Assembly: GCA_013239625.1 (NCBI GenBank)
Contig: MU054129.1
Span: 375,238 to 439,237 of the forward strand
Direction of reading: 5' to 3'
DNA: 64,000 bases
From: Lama guanicoe
Taxonomy: Eukaryota
Positions 11,697-25,254 of this stretch are shown piece by piece. Under the pieces are notes generated by a model. It did not search any database. It was not told the DNA's origin and was given only the letters and a program-made list of their open reading frames with translations. The translations under genes and the position numbers were made by a program. How positions within the stretch are numbered: the stretch's first letter is position 1; every line of letters starts with the position of its first letter.

Positions 11697-14435
11697 CTGG
11701 AAGGGCATGTTCATCTCCCTCCTTCAGTCATTTAATTTCCTCTTCCATCTTACCCTCTCATGAGTTTCACAAAAAGTGACTTTTTCTACTAGTTTTCACA
11801 CTTGAACGCTCAGGCAGAGGGGATCTCCTTGGTGAAGACGTCCTGATCCCCTGACTCAAGCCCAGAACACGAAGCTGGCCACTGCTCTGTGTTGGCCCCG
11901 AGTTTTGTACATACACGCCTGTGTTGTGAGCTGTGCGAATCAGTGAGCATGCGCCTGGTCTGTTTCTCACTAAGACTGTCAGGCCTCAGAGCGGGGGGAG
12001 GCTGTCTGTTCACCTCTGGGACTCCACATCTGGCATGCAAAAAATATTCAATAAGAGTGTGTTGAGGGATGGAGGGAAGGAACAGAGTGAAAGAAGGAGA
12101 ACTGACTTCCAATTCTTGGCTTCTCATGTTGTGTTACTATTTTGCAAGCCAGATTCTGCCCCCTGCACTCAATCTGCCAGGTGGTGAAGGGAAATATTGC
12201 CAATTACACTGTACACCTTTCACCTTAGAAAGTTCTTTTTTTTTAACTTGATCTTCACATCAGCTCTTTCAGCACAAACTGAAGTCAGTCTCAGTGAGGC
12301 AGGGTGAGAGCTGAGCAGGAGTGGTGACAGGAGAAAAATGACTGGAGAGGGAAGGCAGGTGGATGCCAGCCAGGAGTGACTCCCATTGAAACTGCATCAA
12401 GTGACAGAGTGAATTAACATCCACAGGGATTAGCTCTGCGATTTCTGAAACATGAGCAGAGAGGTATCTGGTAGAGGATGATCAGCAGCAGCCGGGCAGA
12501 AGTCTTTAGTCCAAGCTGCTGGGCATCTTATAAATGGCTAAATGGATTATCCCTGCCCAGGACCGGGTGAGCCATGGCGAGGACCGCGCCTGCTCTGAGC
12601 AGAATGCACAGCATGGCAGCATCAGCAAAGGTGACACAGAGATGGAGGATGAAGGATGGAGCGGGGCCATGATTGTCCTTTTACAGGCGGCCAGCACTGG
12701 GTGAGCTCACGGCAAGCAGCAATTCCCTGACCCGGTCATAAAGTGAGAAGGCTCTTTCCTTCTCCCCCGACAAAGGCGGGAAGGGGGCTGACGTGTGCTC
12801 TCTGGGATGAAATGCAGTCCTGAACACGCTGCTCTAAGCACATGACATAAATAACAACACTGAAACTGCTAGCACCCCTGCCACGTGACATAACAATGAG
12901 TAACGCGAAGGAACAGGGTGCGAGACTGAAAAACCTCCTCCCCAACATGCTTTCAACTTTACTGGAGAAAGCTGAGCCCCTACAAGTAATCCGATTTATC
13001 TGCTATCCAGCCTTCCAAGGCATGACCCTTAGGGATGTCAGCATCTCAGGGCAAAGGGAAAATTACCTGCACAGAAGGGGAAGTCGTGGCTCAGGAACAC
13101 ACTTAATGAAAGTCAGTGGGAAATCTGTGCAGACTCCTGTGGACCAGGTTACAGTCAGCCGCCTGGGACTCGGGAGGGGCTGGCAGGAAGAGAGGTGTGT
13201 CCCTGCAGGGAGAGTCCCGGTACCCACCATGTGATGCTGTGGGGTTGGAACTCTTTAAGAGGGAAACCAGAGCATGAAAACAGTGGCTTCATGGGGCAAG
13301 CTTTCAAATGTGACTTCCAATTTCACAGATGGCTCTTTGACCCCTCAGTGCATGACGAGAGGCAGTGAATGGAAGGATGGTGACTTTCCTCATAAAGATA
13401 ACGTATGGACTGGCTGTCTGTAAGACTTGGACTCAACATACTTTCTGGAGTGAAAATATTACTGGAGGGCCCACGGCCCTCAAATATTGACGTGAACAAA
13501 GCACTTCCAGGCACAGGAGCTGCAAAGAAGGCTACAGCATGCGAGTGAAGAGAGCGTGAACAACGGCTCATCAGACTGGAAGAAAAAAGACAAAGACTGC
13601 TGTAGAAGGAAGCAAAAGTAGAAGAGAGGACGCAAAGCAAACATATCTTTTAAGAAGATTCAGAAAAGACAGCAGCGGGGGCAGCAAAGAGATTCCTCCC
13701 AAAGGAACGATACCTGGGGATGTTTTACTCAGTTATGTGAATGAGGCTGGATCCAGGGCCCAACTGACTCAATTACTGACCCATTAAAGGAAGATGAAAA
13801 TTCTAGCTCAGTCTTGAGATAAAACTTCTGAGAGCATCTCAGGCAGTTAGATCTCTGCTAGGCTGGGTTTCTATTCCAATGCAGTAAGACGGATGGGAGC
13901 ACGTTCCTTGGGAGTGACTTTGTCTTGTGTTACCATCCGTATCATAGATCTTTTGTAGGAAATATGGCTACCGGTGGGCTTCTGGAAACAGTGGTCCTTC
14001 TTCAGTTTATCATGGTCTGTCTCCAGATCCATGCACACTGCAGAAGGAGAACTGAAAGTGTGGGAAGGAATCTCGGCCCAAAGCTATGGAGCCATCAGTG
14101 TCCGTCAATGGGATACTGGATTGGACTTCTAAAACCTTACATTTATTTCAAAATATTCTCAATTGATTGCCCTATGTCTCTCTCCTTATCTGCAATTAGT
14201 GGTCCATTTCCAGAGCTATTTCTGAGTCTTTTAAAACTAGAGCTGCCTTCTCTGCATCAAAAAATAAGCTTGGACACCATGGACAAGATCCCCAAGTGAT
14301 CCCTAGACACACACCACAGGGGGTTTAGACACATCTTCTGGGGAGAAAGAAAGATGGCAGTGGACACCTAGAGTGCTGAGAAAAGGATGTCTGGACACAC
14401 GAACAGAAACGGGGTGAGGGGGTGGAGAGCCATAG

Positions 14436-14558
14436 CTGCTCCGATGACCTCTTCAATTTTCACACAGGAGACATCAGTCTCCTTGTCAAACTCTTGGACA
14501 GCTTCATTGGGGTCCTTGTAAGTGAGGGAGTCAAGGTAGATCTTCATCCCTGGGGACC
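14436..14558 (-). pseudogene. EPHB1: EPHB1-derived pseudo-exon (juxtamembrane, approx. human exon 10)
   Basis: 123 bp, open: [41 protein letters not shown](G) versus recalled [42 protein letters not shown]. Acceptor AG present; donor reads ctatg instead of gt. Phase 1 end matches the phase 1 start of the exon at 3189. Confidence 0.93.
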
Positions 14559-15399
14559 CTCATTGGAGGAGATAAGCAGGGTTAACATCCCAAGAGGACA
14601 CAGTGGTCACTAAGCGCTGGCTGATGTGCCAGGAGGAAGGGTATGGCTTGGGGGGAGGTTTCTCCTGCACACCTGGCTGCCTCTCTTTTCCTTGCTGGAC
14701 TGCCCCACCTCCCTTCCCTCTGGGCCACACTAGCCTGGTTCTCTGTCCTCTACTTCTCCTCCGTATCTCTTTCTGTGTTTGAGCTCTTGATGAAATGTGG
14801 AGCAGGTTACTTATAAGTGACAGTCAAGACCAGTTCCCACACGAGGCACTCACAGAAGTAAAGAAGCTAGTTGATGCATTGACAGAAAAGTGGTGGTAAA
14901 ATGTTAGGGTAGTATCAGTATTTATCCACTTGACAACTTCCCTGAGCGGAGGCCGCAGTTAAGGTTATAATGGATGACTGTGTCCAGGGCTAGAAGAGGG
15001 ATGAGAGCAGATTAAAAAAAAGAAAAAAGAAAGAAACTGCTATTAGAAAAACCTCAAGATAGGAGTGTCAAGCCAGGATACCAGAAGAGAAAATGTGGAA
15101 AAGCTTAGAAAACAGAGAGAAAACAGCAAAGTCTATGAGAAAAAAAGTGAGGTGAGATGAAAGAAAAAGGGTAATTGAGCCCCCATGCCTTCAAACACAC
15201 TGAAGGGTGAAAAGTGAACAAAATGGTGAATGAGAAATGCAAAAAGGGATATGGACTTTGTCACTGATGTTTACAGCAGCAAGTTAAATAGGTCTGCATG
15301 GGGACAAAATAGAGAATTGTCATTGCCATAAAAAAACGCATTCAAAAAGCAGAGAAGCGGGGACGTAAGAAGGAAATGGAACCCAAGAAATAAACGGAT

Positions 15400-15760
15400 T
15401 CATCGCGATGTCATTTTCCACCACGTTGGATGTGTCATCAGGCAAGTACGGAGATTGTTTGCCTGGCGGTGGTGTGGTGCGAGGTGGGCTTCAAACGCTA
15501 AGCAGCACAGCCTGGCATCGCATCCTTGGGGAGAGGAGCCGCTGCCCTGCCCGCAGCTGCCGTCTGGCCCGTGGAAGAGGCGGGTCAGCGGGGCCGGTGG
15601 GCCTGAGACAGCACGAGCGATGCGCCTGCGGCCGGGGACCAAGGCCGAGGCGGGACCTGCGGTTCCCTGAGCTCCGCCCTCCCAGCGCGCACGTCCCACC
15701 GCGGCTCCCCAGTGTCTCCCAGCCCTGAGCACGTGGTCTAGTTGTGACATCTTTCATCCG
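15400..15760. promoter_or_regulatory. Orphan CpG-rich patch
   Basis: Many CpGs within AT-richer flanks; GC-box-like gaggcggg twice and ctccgccc; E-box cacgtg near 15730. No associated gene identified. Confidence 0.4.
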
Positions 15761-17139
15761 CAGAACTTCTGGTGACTTTACAGGCCCCCCAAATTCATGT
15801 TGCCCTAGTCACCAATTCCGTCCAGGATACAATCAGAGGGAGAAGGAAGACGCAGCAAAGAAATAGAGTGGGTGTGTTTTTAAAGCCAGTGAGAGCCAAT
15901 GCCCTGCCCAGAGGAACTGCTTTTTCTCAAAGCTGGGTTAGCCCCAGTCATGAAATAGACTCACTCGTGGTGTACAAGGCAGCCTGCTTTAGGGTGGCCT
16001 GCATCACCCTAGAATGCTCTTTGGAAACTTGGGGTTGACAACATAGGCTTTGGAATCTGCTGATTGAAATTTGGACAAACCACATGCTCAACTTTACAAC
16101 AGACATAGGGAACATAAGTTCGTTATGGAACTTACAAGATCCCTTATGTGATCTTACAAGAATCCTCAGAAAAATGAAAGCTTGTGAAGATTTATTAATG
16201 CAAACTGTGCTTCTAACTAGGATCAGTGTAGATGCTAAATAGTCATTTGGGAGTTGAGTGTGTTTCAGTGAAAAAGCTATAATTCATAGCAGTTTAAAAA
16301 TAAATTCTATAGTCATTGAAAACTCTACCAAGTCCCATAGAATTCTAGCACTGGATTTCTTACAGTGGAATTAAAACAATCAAATATATTTAATCCACAA
16401 GTGCAAACAAACAATACTATTCTGATAAAAAGATAAAACAAAAGACTCTTTAAAATGAAAAAAACAAAATAATTCAAAAATTAAATAAATCTAATTATAT
16501 AGCACCTACTTATAATCCAATAAGTGCAAGCACCAATTGTCAAGTTGTGGTAATCATTTGTGCATTTTCCTCACTAAGTGCGGCTGTCCCAGGCTACCTG
16601 ATCCCTATTACAGAAGATTTTCATCAAGTTTCCTGGCCATTTGTTGATTCATGCCCAGATATAAAAAAGAAAACTTCATTATTAAACTTTATTGTTAAAA
16701 GAACCAAAGGAAAATTAGCACGGGAAAGATGGTACTACCAAGGTAAATGCATAGTCTGTTTACTCAGAAAGTGACGTGCATGTGAAAACCAAAGTCTGAG
16801 CCATGGCATCACCCCCTTGTTAATTATGTCACATAAGCAAGTCTCAAGATCTTCAACCTCAGTTTTCTCCTCTGTAAAGTGGCTATCTTATTAATATGTA
16901 TGTCATAAAGTTGCTTTGGAGGGCCAAGTACTACAATGTCCGTAGTCCCCTTTTTAACCCTCAGATACCTCTTTACATAGGTAGAAAGTCTTGATTGCTG
17001 GAATGTGTCTTTGAGCTACAAAACTGTCATATGTAAGAGAAAAAAGGCATTTTGTAAACAAAGGCAAAGTATTATCATCACTCTCCTAATCAAAATTGCT
17101 CTAAATAAACATAATTCAGATGTTAAATGTATATCTCTC

Positions 17140-18100
17140 CAGGCAAATGACATGATCTTAAGTGTATAAAATCATAAAAATTCCACACACAAAAAATACT
17201 GTTAAGAAGTAAAAAAAAAAAAATCAATAAAATTTTACAATACAAAACCAACTGACAACAATCATTGGCATATCTATAAACAACAAACAATATGAAAAGG
17301 AAATTAAGAAAACAATCCCACTTATAAGAACACTAAAAAAAATAAAGTATTTAGGAATAAACTTAACTAATGAGGCAGAAGACATGTATACTGAAAACTA
17401 CAAAACATTCCTGAAAGAATTTAAAGAAAGACACAAAGTAATGTGTCCATGGAACCATTTGGCAATATTGGTAGGAATGTAGAATGGTGCAGTCATTGTG
17501 GAAAACAGTGTGGAGTTTCTTCAGAAATTAAATATAATTACCAAATGATCCAGTAATTTCACTTCTGAGTATTGTTCCAAAAGAAGTGAAAACAGAATCT
17601 TAAAGAAACAATGTATAGTCATATTCACTGAAGCATTATTCAGAACAGCCAAGAGACAGAACAACCTAAGTGTCCATTATTGGGTAAATGAATAAAGAAA
17701 ACGTGGCATATACATACAATGGAGTATCATTCAGCCTTAAAACAGAAAGAAATCTATCACAGGCTACAACACGAACGAATGTGGAGGGCACTATTCTAAG
17801 TGAAATACGCCAGTCACACACACAAGGCCAAATACAACATGGCTCCACTTATATAAGATGTCTAAAGTAGTCGAACTTATAGAAGAAAGTAAAGCGGTAG
17901 CTGCCAGGATCTGTGAGGAGGGGAGTGGGGAGCTGCTGCCCAATACTTATAGAGTTTGTTTGAGTCACAAAAGATGAAAAGATTCTTAAAAATCTTCTGT
18001 ACAACAATGTACATAGAGTTAACAGTACTGTACTGTGCACTCACAATTTTATTAATAAGATAGATCATGTTATGTGTTTCACCAAAATTTAAAAATAATT
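17140..18100 (+). mobile_element. Old L1 (L1MA/MB-type) ORF2 pieces and 3' UTR
   Basis: ttaggaataaacttaac...gaaaactacaaaacatt, gtggaaaacagtgtggag, caacctaagtgtccat, ctaagtgaaatacgccagtcaca. Confidence 0.85.
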
Positions 18101-18546
18101 ACTAATAAAAGATTTAAACTTCTAAATACTTCATCATATGATTCATCTCAGTTTTGCACAGATAATTCTCATGTATCTTTCTTCTTACAAAATAGAAAGT
18201 TGTTTGAATTGTATAAATGCTACTTGGATTGTGTATGGCTGAGCAATTATTACAAATTCCTGTGTTTTTAATAATATGGCTAAATTTACAGCTGATTGTA
18301 TTTCCACCTACATATATTTTCCCCAGCAAATGTCTACAACATTCAGCAAATATCAAAGGTTTAGAATCCTTTATCCATATTCTGTAAGAGCACACCTATA
18401 ATTTTACTAACTCTGAAGAAAACACAAAAACTTGTACTAAATAAATCTCTTCCCAAAGAATCTCAATAAACTCTAAAGTAGGGGTAAAATAATACTGAAT
18501 TTCATCAACTTAGCACTATCTAATTAACTTTTTCTTACTTCATGGC

Positions 18547-18660
18547 TTTTTTTTTTTGCAGGGGGGAGGTAATTAGGTTTATTTATTTATTTGATTTTTC
18601 AGTGGAGATACTGGGGGTTGAACCCAGTACCTAAGGCACCACTTGAGCTACATCCTCCTC
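18547..18660 (-). mobile_element. Vic-1-type tRNA-derived SINE (internally deleted)
   Basis: Reverse complement shows gtagctcaagtgg (A box), gggttcaacccc (B box), aaataaataaacctaattacctcccc and poly-A. Confidence 0.8.
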
Positions 18661-19604
18661 CCGCTCTCTTAAACTTTTATACATAGTAAATAAAATATAG
18701 GTTTAAAGTGATTTCAAGGGAAGGGATGTTAAAAGGAATCCTAAATCATCTGAGCCATAAAGGTGAGATTAATTACTGAAATATTTTAAAATATATTCCA
18801 ATAGTAACTGCCTGGCCAAGTCTGAATCATCCTTTATGCCGAAGGACGAACACCAGCCCCAAGGAGCCTCCCTCATCCAGGGTGCAGGTCACGTCAGGTC
18901 CCCGCTCAGAACTGCTTCAGCGTCCTTTACTGAAGAGACTGCCTTCCTCGCTAAGTGACACTGCCTGTGTGATCCTGCAGGTGACTGCTATTTGTGTGTG
19001 CTTCCTCCTCTGTGGCCACAGTACCTGGTGCAGGGCCTTTTACACATTAAAGCAATTATTTCCTTCAGACAGCAACTACCTATCAAGCATCCAATTTATA
19101 TCCAGTTCAGAAAACCATGAGGAAAAAGCCCAACTCCAGTCCTAAAGAACCTTATATCCTAACGTGGGAAATGGCAAATGACATGATGATTATAGGAGTC
19201 AGACACAAAGGCCAGAATCCAGCATAGTATTTACCGCCATGGGAGTCCCGGGAGACCAGGGAGTTTTTAAGTAAGAGGTTACATAAGGGCCAAATCCTGA
19301 ATAGGAGTTAGGATTTAGCCAAGAGTCAGTTACCAGTGCTCTGGCTGGAGAAAGAGGCAGAAGGCAAGCACATGGTGATGTCAGGGGCTGAATGAAGTAG
19401 GGGTGAGAAACTGGCTGTCAGGGGGATACCCAGAGAAGAGGCTGAGGGAAGAGATGGGGGAGGGGGGTGGGGAATCTTGAAGGAGACGTTGAAAAGGAAA
19501 TTAACCTTTATCCTAAAATAAGCAGAGTTAAGATTTCCATATTAAAAAGTCACTTGACTAGCAATATGACCAGAGAACTAGAGAGATGTCAGACTGGACG
19601 TTAA

Positions 19605-19911
19605 CTGCGTGCTGCCCACAAGCACAGAGCCCCCAGGCCAGCTGGACAGAAGGTTTATGATGCCCATTCCCAATCACCTCACCGCCAGCCAGTCAGGAGA
19701 GCGTCCATGAGCTGATCACACACCCACAATCCCCCGCCTTTAGCTCGTCTTTGACAGCCTTCAGGGAGTTCGGGGTTTTTAAGCACTTGCTTCCGTGGAC
19801 TTCTTGCTCAGTGCCTACAACAAACGCTGCACTTTTCTTCACCACAACCTGGTGTTGGTAGATTGGCTTTATTGTGCGCCGGCAAGTGCATGCAAGTTTG
19901 GTTTGGTAACA
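19605..19911 (+). mobile_element. ERV LTR fragment
   Basis: LTR-like 3' part (aaacgctgcacttttcttcaccacaacc...gattggctttattg) ending tttggtaaca; family not assigned. Confidence 0.5.
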
Positions 19912-20805
19912 CGGCTATACCTTGGAGAACAATGGGAAGGAAAATAAGAGTAAAAGCGGAGGACTAGCGAGCCAGCTAATGTGGAAACGCCACACTAGGG
20001 AGTCTGACCAAGAGCAGGGTAGTGAAGACGGGACCCACACACATAAGGGGAACCCACTGCATCTGATCCTGGTTGAACTATGTAGGAGGACGATGGGGAA
20101 GAAAGTGGCACCAAGGAGGATTTCTAGGCATCTGGCTCATATGTTCAATGCATCAGTGTCCAGAGAGCCAGCGCATGAGCTGAGGGGAGATGAGGTTAAG
20201 GAATTAAGCTAGAATCAGACCACGAGGAGAGCATCACGTCATATTGAACAAAATGGAGAATTTGAAGAAGAGCGACACGATCAGATCTGTGATTTACAAA
20301 GTCCGCTCTGCCCTAGGAATAATAATCGGTTGCCTAAAACTTAGAAAGAGAGGTCACAGGCCACTGAATTGGGTTAGGGGTGAAAAGGGGGGTAAAGTGA
20401 AGAGCAACCTTGGCTGACATCAAAATCATCTGGAAGCTCTTGAAAACCCTAGTGATCATACTGTGCTGCAGACCAAGTACATCACAACTGGGCCTAAGAC
20501 TGGGCACCAGGTAATTCCAACGTGCAGCCCTAGCTTAAGGCATCATCTCTTCTAATGCAGCCATGGGTAACGGGAAGTCATGGCCACTGCACTTCTCATG
20601 CTCTGATCCCCACTGCTGAATCATTCATGGCTGTGAGATAAGGGTACTGGTGGTCTTGGCCTGACATCATCGGATATGTATTTCATCTAACCCTCTAGTT
20701 ATGATTCCACGTGTGTCAACACACCTTTTGAAGATCACACAGCTTGACCACGGAGAAAGAATTTACCATGTTGACTTGAATATTTAAGGATTCCATGACA
20801 TCATG

Positions 20806-21220
20806 ATATGATGTAATAAAAATGATACATTTTCTCTGCAGTCTTTTCCACAAAAACCCATAACTCTATTCTAATCAAAAGAGTTACGTTTCTGGTGGGA
20901 ACAAGGTTGATTAATAAGTGAGGATTTCCATTTCCACCCCATCCTTAATTCATCAAGAGACGCTTGCTTTCAGCAGTCTTATTTTTAGGCTTTTTATGTT
21001 ACAAAACCTGAAAAATGATATTGGAGTATAGAAAGGGGGGGAAAAGTAACTCTACAGTCGAGAAATCTGGTAAACACTGTCTCAACCAGGTGATCTAGGT
21101 CAATACCAACTTTAATAAGACATACTGATTGCATGGGTTCTTAATATGATGTAATAAAAATGATACATCTTCTCTGCAGTCTTTTCCACAAAAACCCATA
21201 ACTCTATTCTAATCAAAAGA
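20806..21220 (+). repeat. 77-bp direct repeat (20806-20882 and 21144-21220), one mismatch
   Basis: atatgatgtaataaaaatgatacat(t/c)ttctctgcagtcttttccacaaaaacccataactctattctaatcaaaaga present twice. Confidence 0.95.
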
Positions 21221-21612
21221 AAATCATGAGCAAAACCCCAATTGAGGGATATCCTACAAAATATATGAACTTGTCAAAACTCAAAATCATCATAAAAAAA
21301 AAGGAAAGTCTGAGAAACTGTCACAGTCTAGAAGACACAACTTAAGATGACATGATGATTAAATGCAATGTAGTATGCTGAATGGGACCCTAAAACAACA
21401 AAAGGGGGCCAAGTAAAAACTGAAGAAATCTGAATAGAGTCTTTAGTTAATAAAAATAATAATGAATCACTATTAGTTCATTAGTTGTGACAGGTATCCT
21501 AAGGTATTAATAGTAAGGGAAACTGAGAATGGAGTATATGGGAAATCTCTGTATTATCTTTGCAAAAACTTCTCTGTAAATCCAAACTATTCTAAAATAA
21601 AAAGTTTATTTA
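21040..21612 (+). mobile_element. Old L1MC-type 3' end
   Basis: aagtaactctacagtcgagaaatctgg...aaggaaagtctgagaaactgtcacag...tatgggaaatctctgtattatctttgc...ctaaaataaaaagtttattt. Confidence 0.8.
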
Positions 21613-21624
21613 AAAATAATATTG

Positions 21625-23270
21625 GAATTAACTCAAATTGGATAACAGATCTAAAGGTAAAGTGCAAACTATAAACTCCAAGAGACCACAGCAGAAAGCC
21701 TAGGTGACTCTGGGTATGGTGCCAACGTTTTAGATGCAACACCAAAGTGACTGATGAAAGAAATAGCTGATAAGCTGGGCTTCATTAAAATTAAACACTT
21801 CTGTGCTATGAAAGATATTGCCAAGAGAAGGAGAAGATGAGTTGCAGACTGTGGGAAAATATTTGCAAGATGTGTCTAATAAAAGGCTGTGACTCAAAGT
21901 ACACAAAGAACACTTACTAATTTTAAAAAATGATTAAAAATGAAAAAAGTCTTAGTCTATTCCAGCTGCTACACCAAAATAGCACACACTGGGTGGCTTA
22001 AAAACAACAGAAATTTGTTTCTCACAGTTCTGGAGATTGGGAAGTACAAGAACACATCCCCAAGAGGCTTGGTGTCTAAGGATGGCCCACTTCCTAGTTC
22101 GCAGACAGTGTCTTTCCACTCTGTGCTCACATGACAAGGAAGGGGCAAAGGATCTCTCTGGGACCCCTTTATAAGGGCACTGGCTCCATTCATGAGGGCT
22201 CTGCCTTCATGACCTCACCACCTCCCAAAGGTCTCACCTCCTAATATCATCACATTGGGGATTAGGACTTCAACACAGGAATTTTGGAGGGAACACAAAC
22301 ATTCAGTTCCCAGCAGACCTGAACCAACATATCACCAAAGAATATAAGCAGATGGCAAATAAACATATGAAAATGCTCAACATAAGTCATTAGGGAATCA
22401 TAGATCAAAACAAGACTGATATACTTCTACACACCTATTAGAATGGCCAAAATTCAACATATTGACAACACAAAATGCTGGCGAGGATGTGGAGTAACAG
22501 GAAATCCTGATCATTGCTGCTGGGAATTAAAATGGTACAGCCACTGGGCAGGACAGTTTGGTGATTTCTTACCAAACTAAACTTACTCTTACCATATGAT
22601 CCAGCAAATGTTCTCTTTGGTTTTCACATAAATAAATTGAAAATGAATGTACCTGGATGTTTATAGCAGTTTTATTCATATTGCCAAAGCTTAGAAGCAG
22701 TCAAGGTGTCCTTCAGTAGGTGAATGGATAAACCATGATACACCCAGAAAATGGAATAGTACTCAGCACTAAAAACAAATGAGCTATCAAGCCATCAATA
22801 GACATGGAGGAAACTTAAATGTATATTACTAAGTGAAAGAAGCCATTATGCAGGGCTGCACACTGTATGATTCCAACTATATGCCATCTGGAAAAGGTGA
22901 AACTGTAGAGACAGTAAAAAGATCAGTGGTTGCCAGAGGATAAGGAAGAGGGAGGGATGAATATGTGGACTATAGAGGATTTTCAGGGCAGTGAAACTAC
23001 TCTAAATACTATAATGGTGAAGACACGTCAAACATTTGTCAAATGTGCAACACCAAGAGTGAACTATAAAGTAAACTAAGGACCTTGAGCAATAATGATT
23101 TTTCAGCATAGTTCATCTACTGTAACAAATATATCACACTGATGGGGGATGCTGATAATGGGGGAAGCTGTGCTATGCTTGTGTAGGGGCAGAGCACATA
23201 TGAGAAATCTCAATATTTTCCAATCAATTTTGCTGGAAGTTCTCAAAAATACAAAATCCCTTTAAAAATA
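21625..23270 (+). mobile_element. Old L1MC/MD ORF2 end and 3' UTR, interrupted by a MaLR LTR
   Basis: ttcattaaaattaaacacttctg, cacctattagaatggccaaaat, ggcgaggatgtggag, taagtgaaagaagcca, cagggcagtgaaactact. Confidence 0.85.
21949..22315 (-). mobile_element. MLT1A-type MaLR LTR
   Basis: gtcttagtc...ctgggtggcttaaaaacaacagaaattt...ctcacagttctggag...cacctcctaatatcatcacattgggg...acacaaacattcag. Confidence 0.85.
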
Positions 23271-24971
23271 TTTAGTGTGGGAGAGTCTGCTGGAAAGAAG
23301 AAAGGAGGTAGACTAAAATAAAGATATGACTCTCTTAAGTGAAACATTTCTTGTCTCTAGGCTCAGTTCATCCAACTGTATTTGGCCCAACAAGAGCAAT
23401 GAGAGTGTCAGTTTCACTTATACCTCCTTCTCCGGTGTCTGTCATTCTGTCCTAGCACCTAGAACATGTTCGACCCCCAGTAAGTATTAATTAAATGAGT
23501 GAATAAATGAAATGTAACCATTCCATGGAATTCCCTAATTACCCTTAACAAGATTAAGTTATTCCATTTGTATTTCTCAGGTACATCTCTTTATTTCATG
23601 TTGTATTGTCAATTTCCTCCACTTGTCCCATATTACCCAGCTCACACCTAAATGCTTACATACACATGCACGCGCACGCACACACACATACACAATTGCA
23701 AGCTCCTTGAAGACAGACTGAGCCTCATTTATGTCTTTCACCTGTCAACACTCAGCTTGGGCTTTGTATGTGGTGAACGTGTATATGTGCTTGTCGAATT
23801 GAGTTTACTTTGCCACGATCCGTTCCGAAGTCCTTCTTTAGTTGTAATCATATAGCAAATACAAAATTTTTAATTATTAAGTTGATATCCAATAAATGTA
23901 CTCATTAATCTAATTAATGTCTAACGACATTTGGCAAGAAATTCTCTTCTGTGTTTGTACATTCCACACCGCTGGGAGAAGATTCTGAAAGTGTCTAGTA
24001 TGCTATTTGTAACAGCAGGGCCATTGTTTAGCATTTATGTGTTCAGATACCCATTTGATTTGCCTGTGGAAGTTTTCCTAATTCAGCAGCAGGTTAGGTG
24101 GAAACAGTGCCGGGCCAGTGGGGATCTGGAAACTAGGTCCTACTCTGGTCCTTGAATTTGGTGAATTACATGGCCAATGTTAATTCATTTCACTATCATG
24201 GCCTGAGAGACTTATTTTTAAAGATGGACTAGATTATCTGTAAGAATCTTCTAGCGCCAATATTCACTGTCATTTAAAGCTCTTTGACAATCAAACTGGA
24301 TCTCTAAATTACAGGCCAGTTTTCCAAATCATGCATTTTTCTGGCCACAATATGGTGGACTTTATGCTGTTTTCCTTCACTCTCTACCAGTGGAAAGAAC
24401 CTTAACCAACTTGCAGTTGTAAATGTTTAAAGCTCCCAATGCCTTCAAAAGTCTGGTAACACAACACGGACTTTGTATTCTGACTCCCAAGAGTGTCTCA
24501 GATGCTTTGGATTTTCGTGATAAAGAAGATTTCCTCTTTTGTGGGTGAATGTTGATTTAGACAGTATTTCTATACAAATGTAAAACCCCCACGATGAGAC
24601 CAAAGGGAGCACAAGTGTTTTCATTTGTTTTTCTTTGTCCTTACATAGCCAAAGACAGTGCTTTTGGAATCCAGAATGGATAAAACTTTTACCATGGTGG
24701 CTACTGGATAGAATACTTACAATATATTGTCACTCTCGTATTTTAGCCATTGTCCTTGACACTTCTCAAGTATGCATCCCAATCTTATCTTGCGCCATTG
24801 GGTTCTAGGATTTTATTTGAGGCAGAAGTAATAAGGCAAAAATACATCTATTTCATGCACCCAATGCGGATTGAGGAAGAACAAGATTTGCACTTTTGAA
24901 TTTCGAAATAATATTCCTTAATTGTATATAATCTATCTGCTTTAAGAAGAGGCATGATTTTGCCAACTTAC

Positions 24972-25070
24972 CCTGGTCAGAAGTTCATTCATTTCTGTCA
25001 CCAGCATATTCAGACTGCCCTCTGCCAACTGAATGAGCCTCTCTGCGACCCGCTGAGGCAAGAGCATATG
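24972..25070 (-). pseudogene. LAMA2: LAMA2-derived duplicated exon (approx. human exon 34)
   Basis: 99 bp, tttttcag| ... |gtaagt, phase 0-0, open: HMLLPQRVAERLIQLAEGSLNMLVTEMNELLTR versus recalled HLLSPQRAPERLIQLAEGNLNTLVTEMNELLTR. Confidence 0.92.
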
Positions 25071-25254
25071 CTGAAAAAGATTTCATTCCACATGCCTTTT
25101 AGTAAATAGTCTTGCAGTGATCATGGTGTTGAACATTTAACAGAATGAATTTCTCCTTCACACACAAAGACCTTAGACTTCTCACATTCAAAGAAAAGAG
25201 AAACAAATTATTTCAACTGAGCATTACACACACAGCACTGTGCAGGATAATCTG

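Noticed and set aside
16598..18395. Minus-strand exon-like segments at ~16598-16654 and 18290-18395
   Set aside because: Weak or non-canonical acceptors, a stop in one, and no recognisable protein.
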